A stretch of DNA of 64,000 nt from a virus (Duplodnaviria; Caudoviricetes): the IMG/VR virus record IMGVR_UViG_3300044712_000786, positions 64,001-128,000 of that record. The stretch is one strand, 5' to 3'. Below the pieces are notes generated by a model, which ran no database searches, was not told the origin of the DNA, and worked only from the letters and a program-made list of their open reading frames with translations. Made by a program: the position numbers and the translations under genes. Shown here in pieces: positions 51,757-61,327 of the stretch. Position 1 is the first letter of the stretch. Every line of letters begins with the position of its first letter.

Positions 51757-52247
51757 ATTTAGTTTTTAAAGTCCACCAGCAATCTTGGCATACATATTCG
51801 GGTCCAAGCTTTCTATAATTATAACCGACTTTTTTGCAACGTAAACAAGATTCTTCGTGTTTTAAAAGGGGGGAATCGTGCTTTTGAAGTTTGGGAAGTA
51901 TAGCGGGATGCATACAAACATTATGCCCGTCATTCCAAAGACAGCCAGTATGGTCATTAACGCACATTCCTTCTATGTCGTTAGTAACATTCGTTTCGGC
52001 TAAACGAAGACAACGTTCTGTGCCTTGCCAGCTATGAGTGTTCATGCCCCCAATCCTACCCGCTATTTTTTAAAAAGCAAATTAAAAATCGAAATTCGTA
52101 ATCCCATTGGAGCGAAGAAGGGTTATGACTAAATCAGTTGCCGACATAGGAAGACGTAAGCCTTTACGATAAAGCGCGCTGTATAATTCATTATACTCAA
52201 TAGCGCTGCTACTATCGTTAAATCGAATAGCATTGGAAACAATACGG

Positions 52248-52569
52248 TTAGAGTTCATAGTCAACTACTTTATTCTTTATATCTTGCCTGAGGTTCTCTG
52301 TTAATCTATTATCAGCTATACTCTTAAAAAGATAACGGCCAAGAGCAATCCTAAATGAATTAAACCTCTCTAGGTCTTCGGAGTCATTATCTAGACGAAC
52401 AGTAAGTTTAAGGGAATTCATTGTTAATCACACGCGAAATATTGGAAAGTAATTGAGAAATATCCAAAGATGGAGCTAGCTTATACCCAAATGCTAGCAG
52501 CAAAAGTTGTCTATACTCGCTCATATTTGCCGTATCATCTAAACGGACAATCACTTTAAGCGGGTTCAT
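52248..52569 (-). other. Two tandem VR[LY]D-type mini-ORFs
   Basis: 52408-52569 MNPLKVIVRLDD..; 52248-52421 MNSLKLTVRLDN.. Confidence 0.7.
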
Positions 52570-52732
52570 TTACAGTTTGAATACTAAGGTTTTCCCTACT
52601 GTCTTACATCGCCAGCCATCGGAAACGCAAGAATTACCCAATGCTTCTAGAATTACTCTGAATGTCTGAGCTTCCGCTTGAGTAAGTTCTACCGCATCGC
52701 CTTCTTCCATATGTTCGGCGAGAAGTATAAGG

Positions 52733-53170
52733 CTATTTAGCTTTGTTCTTCTTTGGGGCTTTCCTCGGGGCTTTCTTAGACCCTTTATTACAGTATAAGT
52801 CTGCATGTATTGTAGCCAGTGCATGTTTCGGACTTAATCCACTAAAGTTATATTGGGGTTTTACTCCAATTAAATCCTTCCAACCATCCGAAGGCTTTTC
52901 TTCTGAATCTCCATCCATCCAATAACGGGCGGCAATCGCTTCCCTTCCTACATCGAAAGTCCACTCCCTAGACTCGTTTTCTTCTTCGCTTAAAGTTTCT
53001 TCTTGCGTATTGTTATAGATTTCTTCAGATGATAAGTCTTCTTCTAGAACCTTAATACTCGCATCTATTTTATCCCAATTACTATCCCCGAAAGCCGTCC
53101 TCTCGGGAATGAGAGGCTTGATTTCTTTCAGCTTGGCTATTTCAGCTAGAACTTCTTTATTAGTCTTCAT
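52733..53170 (-). CDS. Hypothetical protein, acidic core and basic tail
   Basis: 145 aa. Confidence 0.6.
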   Translation of the reverse strand: MKTNKEVLAEIAKLKEIKPLIPERTAFGDSNWDKIDASIKVLEEDLSSEEIYNNTQEETLSEEENESREWTFDVGREAIAARYWMDGDSEEKPSDGWKDLIGVKPQYNFSGLSPKHALATIHADLYCNKGSKKAPRKAPKKNKAK

Positions 53171-53967
53171 ATATTAACGTCAAATTCTCATTAGCTTCAT
53201 TCATTATAACCGTATGATATGATAATATGCCATAAGAGAAGCGTATCCCCGAATCTACGATAGCGATTTTCATCGATAAATATTCGGCGGTATCATCATG
53301 GGTATCATACCTTACTTGCTCTTTTATACTATCCATGTAATATTCACGCCTACTTCCACCAATTAGGGTCTACGGCAGCTAAAGCATCGCCTAATTCTTT
53401 AGGGGATACCCAAGCTAAGTCAGCGTAGGTATGTTCGTCATTGTCATTAGGCATATCGGTAACTAACCTAAGGCAACGGTGATTTTTAGTTAAATGAGCT
53501 ACCGTGCGTAGAAATTGCTCTAATTTTTCTTTATCGTGAATTTGTTTCATAACGGCTTCTTAGACGCAGCTTTGCAAGCTTTGCACATTTTAGGATACAT
53601 AAGCTCATAATTAAAGAACACTGCATCAAACATAATTAATTTGCCGCCCGATATCCCACATAGGGCCTTACTTCTAGATAGTCTTTTATACTTATCCGCA
53701 TCAACGAAGTGCCGAATTGTGCCACGGCGAGAACCGACAGTTACTAAGTTCATGCTCTCTCTTCGTTTATATTAAAATACTCGGCAGCTACCTTTCTAGC
53801 ATACTCATAGCACCTATCTCGTTCTACAGCCGCCCTAGTCCATTCGTTTTTAGCTCGCTTGCTAGAACCGCTTCGCCCCGAAACATCGCACAGCCTTTGA
53901 CTATACCTCTCAGCTTTTCGGAGGCTTCTAACTGCTAAGTATAGTTGTTCTAGGCTATCTATGTCTT

Positions 53968-54357
53968 TCATTTGTATTTAAAACATTCTCCATCTTTACA
54001 TTTGAACATTTCGCCCACGATGAATGTATGAGCAGGAATATAGGCTAATACAGCCGTATAAGGCCCCCCTTCTATCTTCTCCCCATTCTTTAGAAAGGTT
54101 TCTATATCCTTCATGGCCTCTTGCTTAGAGCGATATGTCCTAGAGTAAATTGTTACTTGCCCATACTTATCGTATCCAATATAACTCCACCCAAGAAATT
54201 CATCAATCCTTACTTGCCTTGTATTAGTAATTTTCTTCTTTTCAGGGATACGGGGGGTATCCTTCCAATGACAATTGTGGCAATAGAATTGAAGCTTTCG
54301 ACCTACGCACCACCTATCCCCAATATCTTCAGAGCCGCATTCAGGACAAGTTTTCAT
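53968..54357 (-). CDS. Zn-ribbon hypothetical protein
   Basis: CPEC...CHNC. Confidence 0.55.
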   Translation of the reverse strand: MKTCPECGSEDIGDRWCVGRKLQFYCHNCHWKDTPRIPEKKKITNTRQVRIDEFLGWSYIGYDKYGQVTIYSRTYRSKQEAMKDIETFLKNGEKIEGGPYTAVLAYIPAHTFIVGEMFKCKDGECFKYK

Positions 54358-54727
54358 TTTTAAAAAGTTTCCAAGCTAACGCTCCCATAAAAATCACTAT
54401 TCCTGTAGCAAATATCTCTATTCCCACGCTAAAGAATAATCGGACAATAAAGGGCACTACTTCGTCTGGAACAGAAACAAAAGATTCGTATGATAATGCG
54501 GTAAAAACTAACCAAACCCCGAAACAGATTAATACTGCAATGTATTTCATACCCCTAGTCTCGCAGATATTTTTTAAAATGCAATAAAAAATCGTGAGTT
54601 CTCCCCGATATCATATCGCAATCAAACGGGGGAATAGTTATCTCATTACTCAACAAAGCTTCCCACGAATGAGAAAACTCTTTAAGACTATCAGAAGTAT
54701 CTAAACGAACTATCCTATTTAAGGGCT

Positions 54728-55372
54728 TCATATCTTAGTACAATAATACATAGAAGAGGGGCCATCAACGACTTCTTCTATTTTAAAGCGGGGGGATAAT
54801 ATATCCCTATATTCTTCCTGAGAAATCCAATCAAAGGTAGTTAGATGAGGCTCTAGCCCCGAAGATGTTTGTATATGATGAATCTTATCACCATCCATAA
54901 AAGTGACTTCCATATACCTTCTATTATTTAAGCTATAGCGCCTCGCCTTAGGTTCAGAAGAAGGTTTGCGCCCGAAGGTATTAAACACAAACATACCTCC
55001 AGCAACTAATTTATTAGCTAAGTCTTTGGCATCTATCTCTTTAAGCCAATAATTCACACCTTGACGGCACACGATTAAATCAAATGGCGCGTCTATCTCC
55101 TTAAGCCACCGTTGGATAGAACAATTATGGTATCCAAACTTATGAGAAACATGAGCTTTAAATTCATCGGGCACCATTAAAGGCTCTTGGTCTACTAAAG
55201 CAACAAAATTAGCCCCATGACTCAAAGCATATTGAGATAATAACCCATTTCCACAGCATAAGTCAGCAACGTCCTTACCCTTAATATCCGTCTTAGCGAA
55301 GAATGCCTCGGGGCCTTTCTTTAAGAAACGTGCATAAAGAGCTTGATAAGTTTGATAAGCGGGATATCTCAT
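54728..55372 (-). CDS. Class I SAM-dependent methyltransferase
   Basis: VADLCCGNG, VALVD, FDLIVCRQG, L..GG.FVFNT. Confidence 0.85.
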   Translation of the reverse strand: MRYPAYQTYQALYARFLKKGPEAFFAKTDIKGKDVADLCCGNGLLSQYALSHGANFVALVDQEPLMVPDEFKAHVSHKFGYHNCSIQRWLKEIDAPFDLIVCRQGVNYWLKEIDAKDLANKLVAGGMFVFNTFGRKPSSEPKARRYSLNNRRYMEVTFMDGDKIHHIQTSSGLEPHLTTFDWISQEEYRDILSPRFKIEEVVDGPSSMYYCTKI

Positions 55373-56463
55373 ATTCTATTCCCATTTTTATCTAACAAGA
55401 GGAAACAGCCATGGTCTTGGATGTTAAAAGAACTAAGTATATCTCTTTGAGAATCCCTAACCGTACCTGCGATAGCATAAGGCAACGTAGGCAATTCGGG
55501 TAGCTGCCTATGGAAATGAACGATAGCTTTAACACTTTTGTTTTTCTTAAATAACCAATGCAATAAAGGCGCATTAAGAGTAGCTTTAGCGCCACCAGTG
55601 CAAACCTCACGCAAGTCATGTTTAACAGCGTATACGGGAACTAAATCTTCTAACTCTCTCTTGCCCCTTCCAGTAGTCAAGAAGGCTAGACTCTCTGTTT
55701 CATAGCGAACGGCTATAGTCCCAAATACATATCCTTCGGGAGTTGCCTTAAATTCCTCTTTATAGGTCTCTGCCAGTTTATGGAAAGTGCTCTGTTCGCT
55801 TAAATAGTCGGTTGTTCTACCCCAGACTTCCGTTTTATAGTATTGGTCTTTGACACACGTAATTACAAAATCAACTATTTCTCGATTACTCATAACGTGT
55901 TCCCCACGCTCTTTGGTAACCGCATACTTAGTAAGCAAATCTTTAGCGTCATTAGCAAAAACAGCCGTTGCTTTAGATTCCAATAAAACTCCGTAAGCAG
56001 CACTAATTAACTCTTCATGAGTAACTTCGGATAACAGTTTAAAGCCAAACAAGTGAGTCTTGGGGGCTACCTTTTTAACTTCATCGATAACTCTAGGAGC
56101 AATTGTAAAATCAATAGGTATAACATCCCCCACTTTATAATTATGAGAGGGAAACTTCCCTCTAATAGCATTAAGAGGAATTAAATTGGCTACAGCAGCC
56201 CCAAGAATTACAGCGTCCATTTTGGGAGCTAGCTCTTTTACTTTGTCAATATAGTCATGAATACCACAATGCTTAATTAATGTCATTCTATGGGGATGAA
56301 AAGGAGCTTTAGCTTCAGGACTAGAAAGATACGTAACCTTACAATCCTCTAGACAGAATCTATCCGCTAAATCCGCCATTAACCCACCCTTAAACTTATT
56401 AGTGATGATTTTTACTGCATCTAAATGAGCGTGAACAGGACCACCAGTAATTAAGACTTTCAC
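55369..56463 (-). CDS. CoaB-like (phosphopantothenate-cysteine ligase fold) fused to class II aldolase-like domain
   Basis: KVLITGGP..AHLD.V..ITN...G, DAVILGAAVAN, LFGFKL, VFAN (CoaB/DFP C-terminal motifs); C-terminal NAPLLH...KAIVHFH...HGCF. Confidence 0.7.
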   Translation of the reverse strand: MKVLITGGPVHAHLDAVKIITNKFKGGLMADLADRFCLEDCKVTYLSSPEAKAPFHPHRMTLIKHCGIHDYIDKVKELAPKMDAVILGAAVANLIPLNAIRGKFPSHNYKVGDVIPIDFTIAPRVIDEVKKVAPKTHLFGFKLLSEVTHEELISAAYGVLLESKATAVFANDAKDLLTKYAVTKERGEHVMSNREIVDFVITCVKDQYYKTEVWGRTTDYLSEQSTFHKLAETYKEEFKATPEGYVFGTIAVRYETESLAFLTTGRGKRELEDLVPVYAVKHDLREVCTGGAKATLNAPLLHWLFKKNKSVKAIVHFHRQLPELPTLPYAIAGTVRDSQRDILSSFNIQDHGCFLLLDKNGNRI

Positions 56464-56876
56464 TTAGTTCCTTTCTCGGAGAACTTACTAAAATAGCGCA
56501 AGGGTCTCCAAAGATGATTATTAACCCAAAAGCCCCACTTACGATAGGGACGACTGCAAAGAAGAATAGTCCAAGCCCCACCTTCGGGAATTTCTAAACG
56601 GTGCTGTTTATCTCCCCTAGCATACCATATAGAAGGAGCTTTAATATGTCTACTGCCATCGGGGGTAACATTAGTATAGCTACCTTTGAATAAGATGCTT
56701 ATAAAATCAAAAGGATGGTCATGAAAATGGGGACCAACGTCAGAACCAATCCAGTGATGCAATCTTATTGAATAACCAAACAAGATAAGCGACCAACGGC
56801 GAAGATAAACTTTATCGCCCTGAGTCAGGGTCTCGCGCCTGAATTGAAAAGCTTTAAATTGTTGATAATTACTCAT
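56460..56876 (-). CDS. Cupin-like protein
   Basis: YLRRW...IRLHHW..SD...HFHDHPFDFIS..FKGSY.....G....HRL; true start MSNYQQ at 56876. Confidence 0.7.
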   Translation of the reverse strand: MSNYQQFKAFQFRRETLTQGDKVYLRRWSLILFGYSIRLHHWIGSDVGPHFHDHPFDFISILFKGSYTNVTPDGSRHIKAPSIWYARGDKQHRLEIPEGGAWTILLCSRPYRKWGFWVNNHLWRPLRYFSKFSEKGTK

Positions 56877-56893
56877 GTTCAAACTTAAAGGAC

Positions 56894-57077
56894 TCAGCGA
56901 GGGAGGACTCGAACCTCCAACCTCGTTCATGTAATGAACCCCTATTTACTGACTATCCTCGATTTTCTTACTAGTAGTGAAGGGTTGCAACCCCGCACTA
57001 TGTTCAAATTATCTACTTTTGTCAGCTTTTTCGGGAGGGTTACTAGCCCTGCGCTCTGCCAATTGAGCTACTCGCCG
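56894..57077 (-). ncRNA. tRNA-like RNA (AGU anticodon arm) with 111 nt insertion at position 42/43
   Basis: CGGCGAG/CTCGCTG acceptor, GCTC-AATTGGCA-GAGC D arm, CAGGG-CTAGTAA-CCCT [insert 57035-56925] G, GGAGG-TTCGAGT-CCTCC T arm; promoter TTGCTT-N16-TAGAAT at 57080-57113. Confidence 0.8.
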
Positions 57078-57392
57078 ATATTTAAATTCTAAAATAAATT
57101 TTTCAAAAAGCAACCTAAAAATTCTCGTATGCAATTAGGTAATTCCCAAGAGTGACTCTGACTCCCTCAATCGAAAATTCAAAATTTAAATGTTCGGGAA
57201 AAGCACTCATTAATTCAACGTACTCATCTAAACTAGATGAATCTTCCCAACGGGCAAAGCGGCGAATAGAATTCATCTACCAAGAAGTCTTGCCACGAAT
57301 CTTATCTATAGCACCCAGCACCATCAAAGGAAAAAAGACGATGAACATTCCCACTTTAATACAAACCCACATAAAAAACTTGATAAGAGTAT

Positions 57393-60075
57393 TCATATTT
57401 TGTCTACCTCTTTCAGTATCTCTAACGCTCGTTCATCCCCGCCGCTTCCTTCGCAAATCGCTTTAGCTAACCCATCGGGGATAGGATAGCCATGTTTTTC
57501 GAGAATACTTAACATATCTAAAGCTACTGTATGTCTACAAATAGAAGGAAAAGGAAAGTTAAGCATATTCCTTACCTCTTGAACCAAGTCATTCTTTATA
57601 TCTTCCATTAGTAACTATCAGAGGAATATTGATACTCATCCCCGTTATCGTCCCCAATAGGATTGTCAAGTCCATACTTAACTGCGACTGCCTTGTATAG
57701 AGGGAGCCCGTATTGAGCATAATTCTCAAAATCTTGTAATTCATCGTCTAGCACCCACATCCACATCTTAATGACATCCCACATGAGGCTAGAAGAAATA
57801 CCCCTTTTATTAAGAGCTTTTTCGAAAGCAAAGCTCAAATCACCCTTAAGGCGTTTAATAACTTCTTCTTGAGTTAAAGGAACCGTTACGACAGTCTTAG
57901 GGTCTACTCCTTCTTTAAGGGTAAAGCCAAACTTAGACCAATCTTCTACAGGGATAAAGTCTATCAGGCGAGACAAGTCTCGATTGTCAATAAGGCTAGT
58001 AGTCTCCCCGCCTTTGTATTCGTATAGTTGTTCTAGCGTTTTCATCTTTCCTAAGTCTACCCGCTTTTTTTTCGCTTGCAAGAATTTTTTTTAATCTTAT
58101 TAAAATAAATCTCGTTCGCCCAATCTGAATCTTCCTTGTTGATTTCGAAGGGTTTAACAGGTTTTCGACGGCAAAGATACCAATACAATCTATCGGCTAA
58201 ATTTGTGCTCGGAACGCTGCTCCCCTGAATGATTACCCATGTCGGTACCCCCTGAGTATTAAGTAAAGCTTCTATCTTCTCTAAAGTGACCTTATTTAAG
58301 TTGACTTTGATTTCCTCTAGCCGCTTTTTAAGTTTATTCGTCTTTACCATAGAAGAGGTAAGTTGCTATTTCTTTGCCTAAATAACTAATAAATGTAATA
58401 ATACCCGAAATTACCGCGAGTGGCCAGCCGAATAGGTAAGTCAACGTATCTTCCCAGAACCTTTCCCTAAATAATCCTTTCGAATATTTATGAACGAATT
58501 TCAACTGAAACAAATTAAAGATAGCTACAAAACAACCAATCAAAAAATAAGCTATTACACACGAGAGGACAATAGCCCCCTCGCTAAGTTTGACTGTTTC
58601 AGCTTCGGCTAACATACGTCATGATTCCTTCAAACCCGCTTCTTCTATAAGCTGTTTTCGTTTCTCCTGATATAAAGCGTAAGCCATAGCCATATTAGTA
58701 ACTAGAGCTACTTCTCTACTAAATTCTCCTTGCCCAATTGCCAAAACTAACTTCCCGCAGCAGTAGTCGTTAAACTTGTTATAGTCATATTTTAAAAAAT
58801 CAGAGCCCCCACCAAAACCAACAAAATACATTAAGCTTAGCTCTTTTTCAATCCTCTGCTCGGCAATTAGTAAGTCTCTCTTGCTCATTTCTTTTTCTTC
58901 TTTTTGGGCTGGCGCAATTCAATCTGCTCGGCTAAAAAGACGCCTACCTGAATATAGTCATACGCCTGATTACTATACTCTTCAGCTTCCGCATCCATTC
59001 CTACTTGTTTAAAAGTGCGGCTAGCAAACTCGCTTTCCTTAGCACATAGCTCTAACTGGCGAGCAGCCCGTGTCATAGCGTTAATTGAAGGTATCATCGG
59101 CATCCTTGCACAATTTCCCAAGCCCTAGCCGCCCGACTTGCCTTGCGGCAGCTATTATCACGGAAGACCTTGCTAATAAGGTCAGTGTTAATCTTTTCGC
59201 CCTTTTTCAAAAGCTCCGCTTCGCTTTTTAGGGTCTCTTCTTTAAAAATTTTCTTCATATTTGAATTCTATTTTAAATTTTTCAAAAGTCAATAGTGTTA
59301 ATTAGCCTTTGAATAATAAACATCTCTGGACATAGCCTAGATACTCTGGAGAAACGGACTGTCCCCTTAACAAACTCCCAAAGAACCACATTGATTCCAT
59401 TTAACTGGGGGCAGTACATTGTTGGATGTTTATCTATAGCTCTCGTTAAACTTTTCATATTTCACTAATAACAACTTCTCCACCCTCCGCGTAGCTGAAA
59501 TAGCTTTCCTTTTTACCGAAATATTTGACTTTAGTTCGATAAGTACCCGATATTGAATCTAGATATCTCAGGGGAATATTTGTTTCTACTTCTCTGAATA
59601 ACCATGGATTATCACTGAAAAGAAACCCGCCCATTCTAGACATATGAGGATTCAGAGAATTCTTCAGTCGCTTCATTTAATAACTAATCTAAAGGTATCT
59701 TCCTTACGTTGTTTGGAAAGCTTCTCTAAGTATAACAAAGCCTGCTTCCTACCTTCTTTATTATGAGGAAAAGCCCCTTGAATGCGCGTTCCACTGTAAA
59801 TACAGTAAAATTTAACCTTTTTGGGCATTTTCAATCGTCTTGTTAAGATAATGAGCTTCCCATTTTGCTCCCAGCTTGCGAGTTAGCTCCGCTATTTTTC
59901 TGCTCTCAAAATCGTTCTTAGCTAATACCAGCTTCAGTTTCTTGCGCCCTTCTTCATCACTTAATTTCCCAGAATCAATTTCGTCAATAGTATTAGCTAA
60001 CTCATTCCACCAAAATTCCACGCTTTGAGCAACGATTTCTCCCTCTTTTTTTAATTTATTTAAATTCGGCTTCAT
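57393..60075 (-). other. Small hypothetical genes
   Basis: ORFs 57393, 58057, 58334 (membrane), 58619, 58885, 59455, 59812. Confidence 0.55.
57608..58081 (-). CDS. Hypothetical phage protein
   Basis: 157 aa; AFEKALNKRGISS...YAQYGLPLYKAVAVKYG. Confidence 0.65.
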   Translation of the reverse strand: MQAKKKRVDLGKMKTLEQLYEYKGGETTSLIDNRDLSRLIDFIPVEDWSKFGFTLKEGVDPKTVVTVPLTQEEVIKRLKGDLSFAFEKALNKRGISSSLMWDVIKMWMWVLDDELQDFENYAQYGLPLYKAVAVKYGLDNPIGDDNGDEYQYSSDSY

Positions 60076-60203
60076 GCAAAATCTGCATTAACTGCTTGAT
60101 ATGAAAGGTCATAGAACTTTCTGCGACCTGAATATTTCCCTCGAAAAGAGACTTATCTTGCTTATCCGTAAGTAAGGAAAGGACTAGCATGTCCTCCAAC
60201 AAA

Positions 60204-60611
60204 CTAATTGCTTGTTCTTTTTTGTTCTCGTTCATTTAATATTAATCCTATAATATAAGCATAGAGAGGGCTTATGCTTAAGTCGAGAATTTTATTCAAA
60301 TGGTCTGTCTCTAATTCGGATAAGGGGACATATTTAGTAGGTTGGTCTCCTTTAGGGCCACTCGTTCCCCAAAGCAATTTCTCCTTGATAGTGTTTATGC
60401 TATCATTACGAGTTAAGCAAAAGTCCGCAACAATCGCTTTAGTATTCTTTCCCTTGGTTCCGCCTCGCCTACAGTAGTCATTTCCACCGTCAACAAACAC
60501 GAAACTACCATCAGCAAAAGTATACTGGTTAAAATGATGTCTACTAACGGAAGCTACATAAGTAGTTTTTCCTTTTTCTATAACTTTAATGGCGTTTTGA
60601 ATCAGGTCCAT
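60204..60611 (-). CDS. Hypothetical phage protein
   Basis: FVDGGNDYCRRG...LLWGTSG..GDQP..YVPLSELETDHL..IL. Confidence 0.65.
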   Translation of the reverse strand: MDLIQNAIKVIEKGKTTYVASVSRHHFNQYTFADGSFVFVDGGNDYCRRGGTKGKNTKAIVADFCLTRNDSINTIKEKLLWGTSGPKGDQPTKYVPLSELETDHLNKILDLSISPLYAYIIGLILNEREQKRTSN

Positions 60612-61165
60612 AGATATCTCCTATTTTGAACTATCCAAGTTAAGTATTCGGTATCTTTATTTTCTAGCTCCGCTTCTACCTTATAGACTTTATCGTATAC
60701 ATTAGGGGGAGTCTTACCCGCCATAATATCTTCTATAGATATATTGGGATAACTTTGTTCTAGCTCTTTTTCCTTAGCGGGGCGACCCTCTTTAATCCAA
60801 GCATAAATTTCTTTGATTTTAGCAGCAACCTCTATGTCTTTTTCGTTATTACCCCACTCGATTACTTCAAAACATTTCTCTCCTTCTACATAATGGACAA
60901 GTCCATTAAAAAGAATGACTCGGAAAAGCTCATCTTTATCCCGCCAGCAACGGGGGACGCCCTTCATTAGCCACTTATTTTGAGGAAAGAAGAAATTCCT
61001 TACGTGATAATAGCCCAACCTCGTCTTTAAACGATTAATTCTAAAGAGCAATTCTACTCGCCAGCCAAGACTCTTCATACCTAATTTTACCACTTTTTTT
61101 TCAACAGTCAATGGCATATTCTTTAAAATGAGCTTTAAAATGCTCAAACGCTTGATTCGGCTCAA
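60602..61165 (-). CDS. Hypothetical phage protein
   Basis: 187 aa ORF. Confidence 0.6.
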   Translation of the reverse strand: MSRIKRLSILKLILKNMPLTVEKKVVKLGMKSLGWRVELLFRINRLKTRLGYYHVRNFFFPQNKWLMKGVPRCWRDKDELFRVILFNGLVHYVEGEKCFEVIEWGNNEKDIEVAAKIKEIYAWIKEGRPAKEKELEQSYPNISIEDIMAGKTPPNVYDKVYKVEAELENKDTEYLTWIVQNRRYLWT

Positions 61166-61327
61166 TCATCTGAACGAAAGGGTGAGTTTTTATTAGATTA
61201 CTAAAAGTAACTCCGTCGCTTCTATTTATTAAAATAAGAAATACGCTATTCTTTCTCTTCTCTACAGATACAGAATAAGTCAATTCTTGAGGCTTAATCG
61301 CCGCTGTTCCTTCAATTGTAGCTTCCA

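Noticed and set aside
56877-56930. N-terminal extension of the cupin ORF (MNEVGGSSPP...)
   Set aside because: It is the translated T arm of the tRNA-like RNA; the start was moved to 56876.
56925-57035. Canonical group I intron (ACTAG...GATAGTC resembles the R/S elements)
   Set aside because: Too short and P3-P6 could not be assigned; the resemblance is kept only as a lead.
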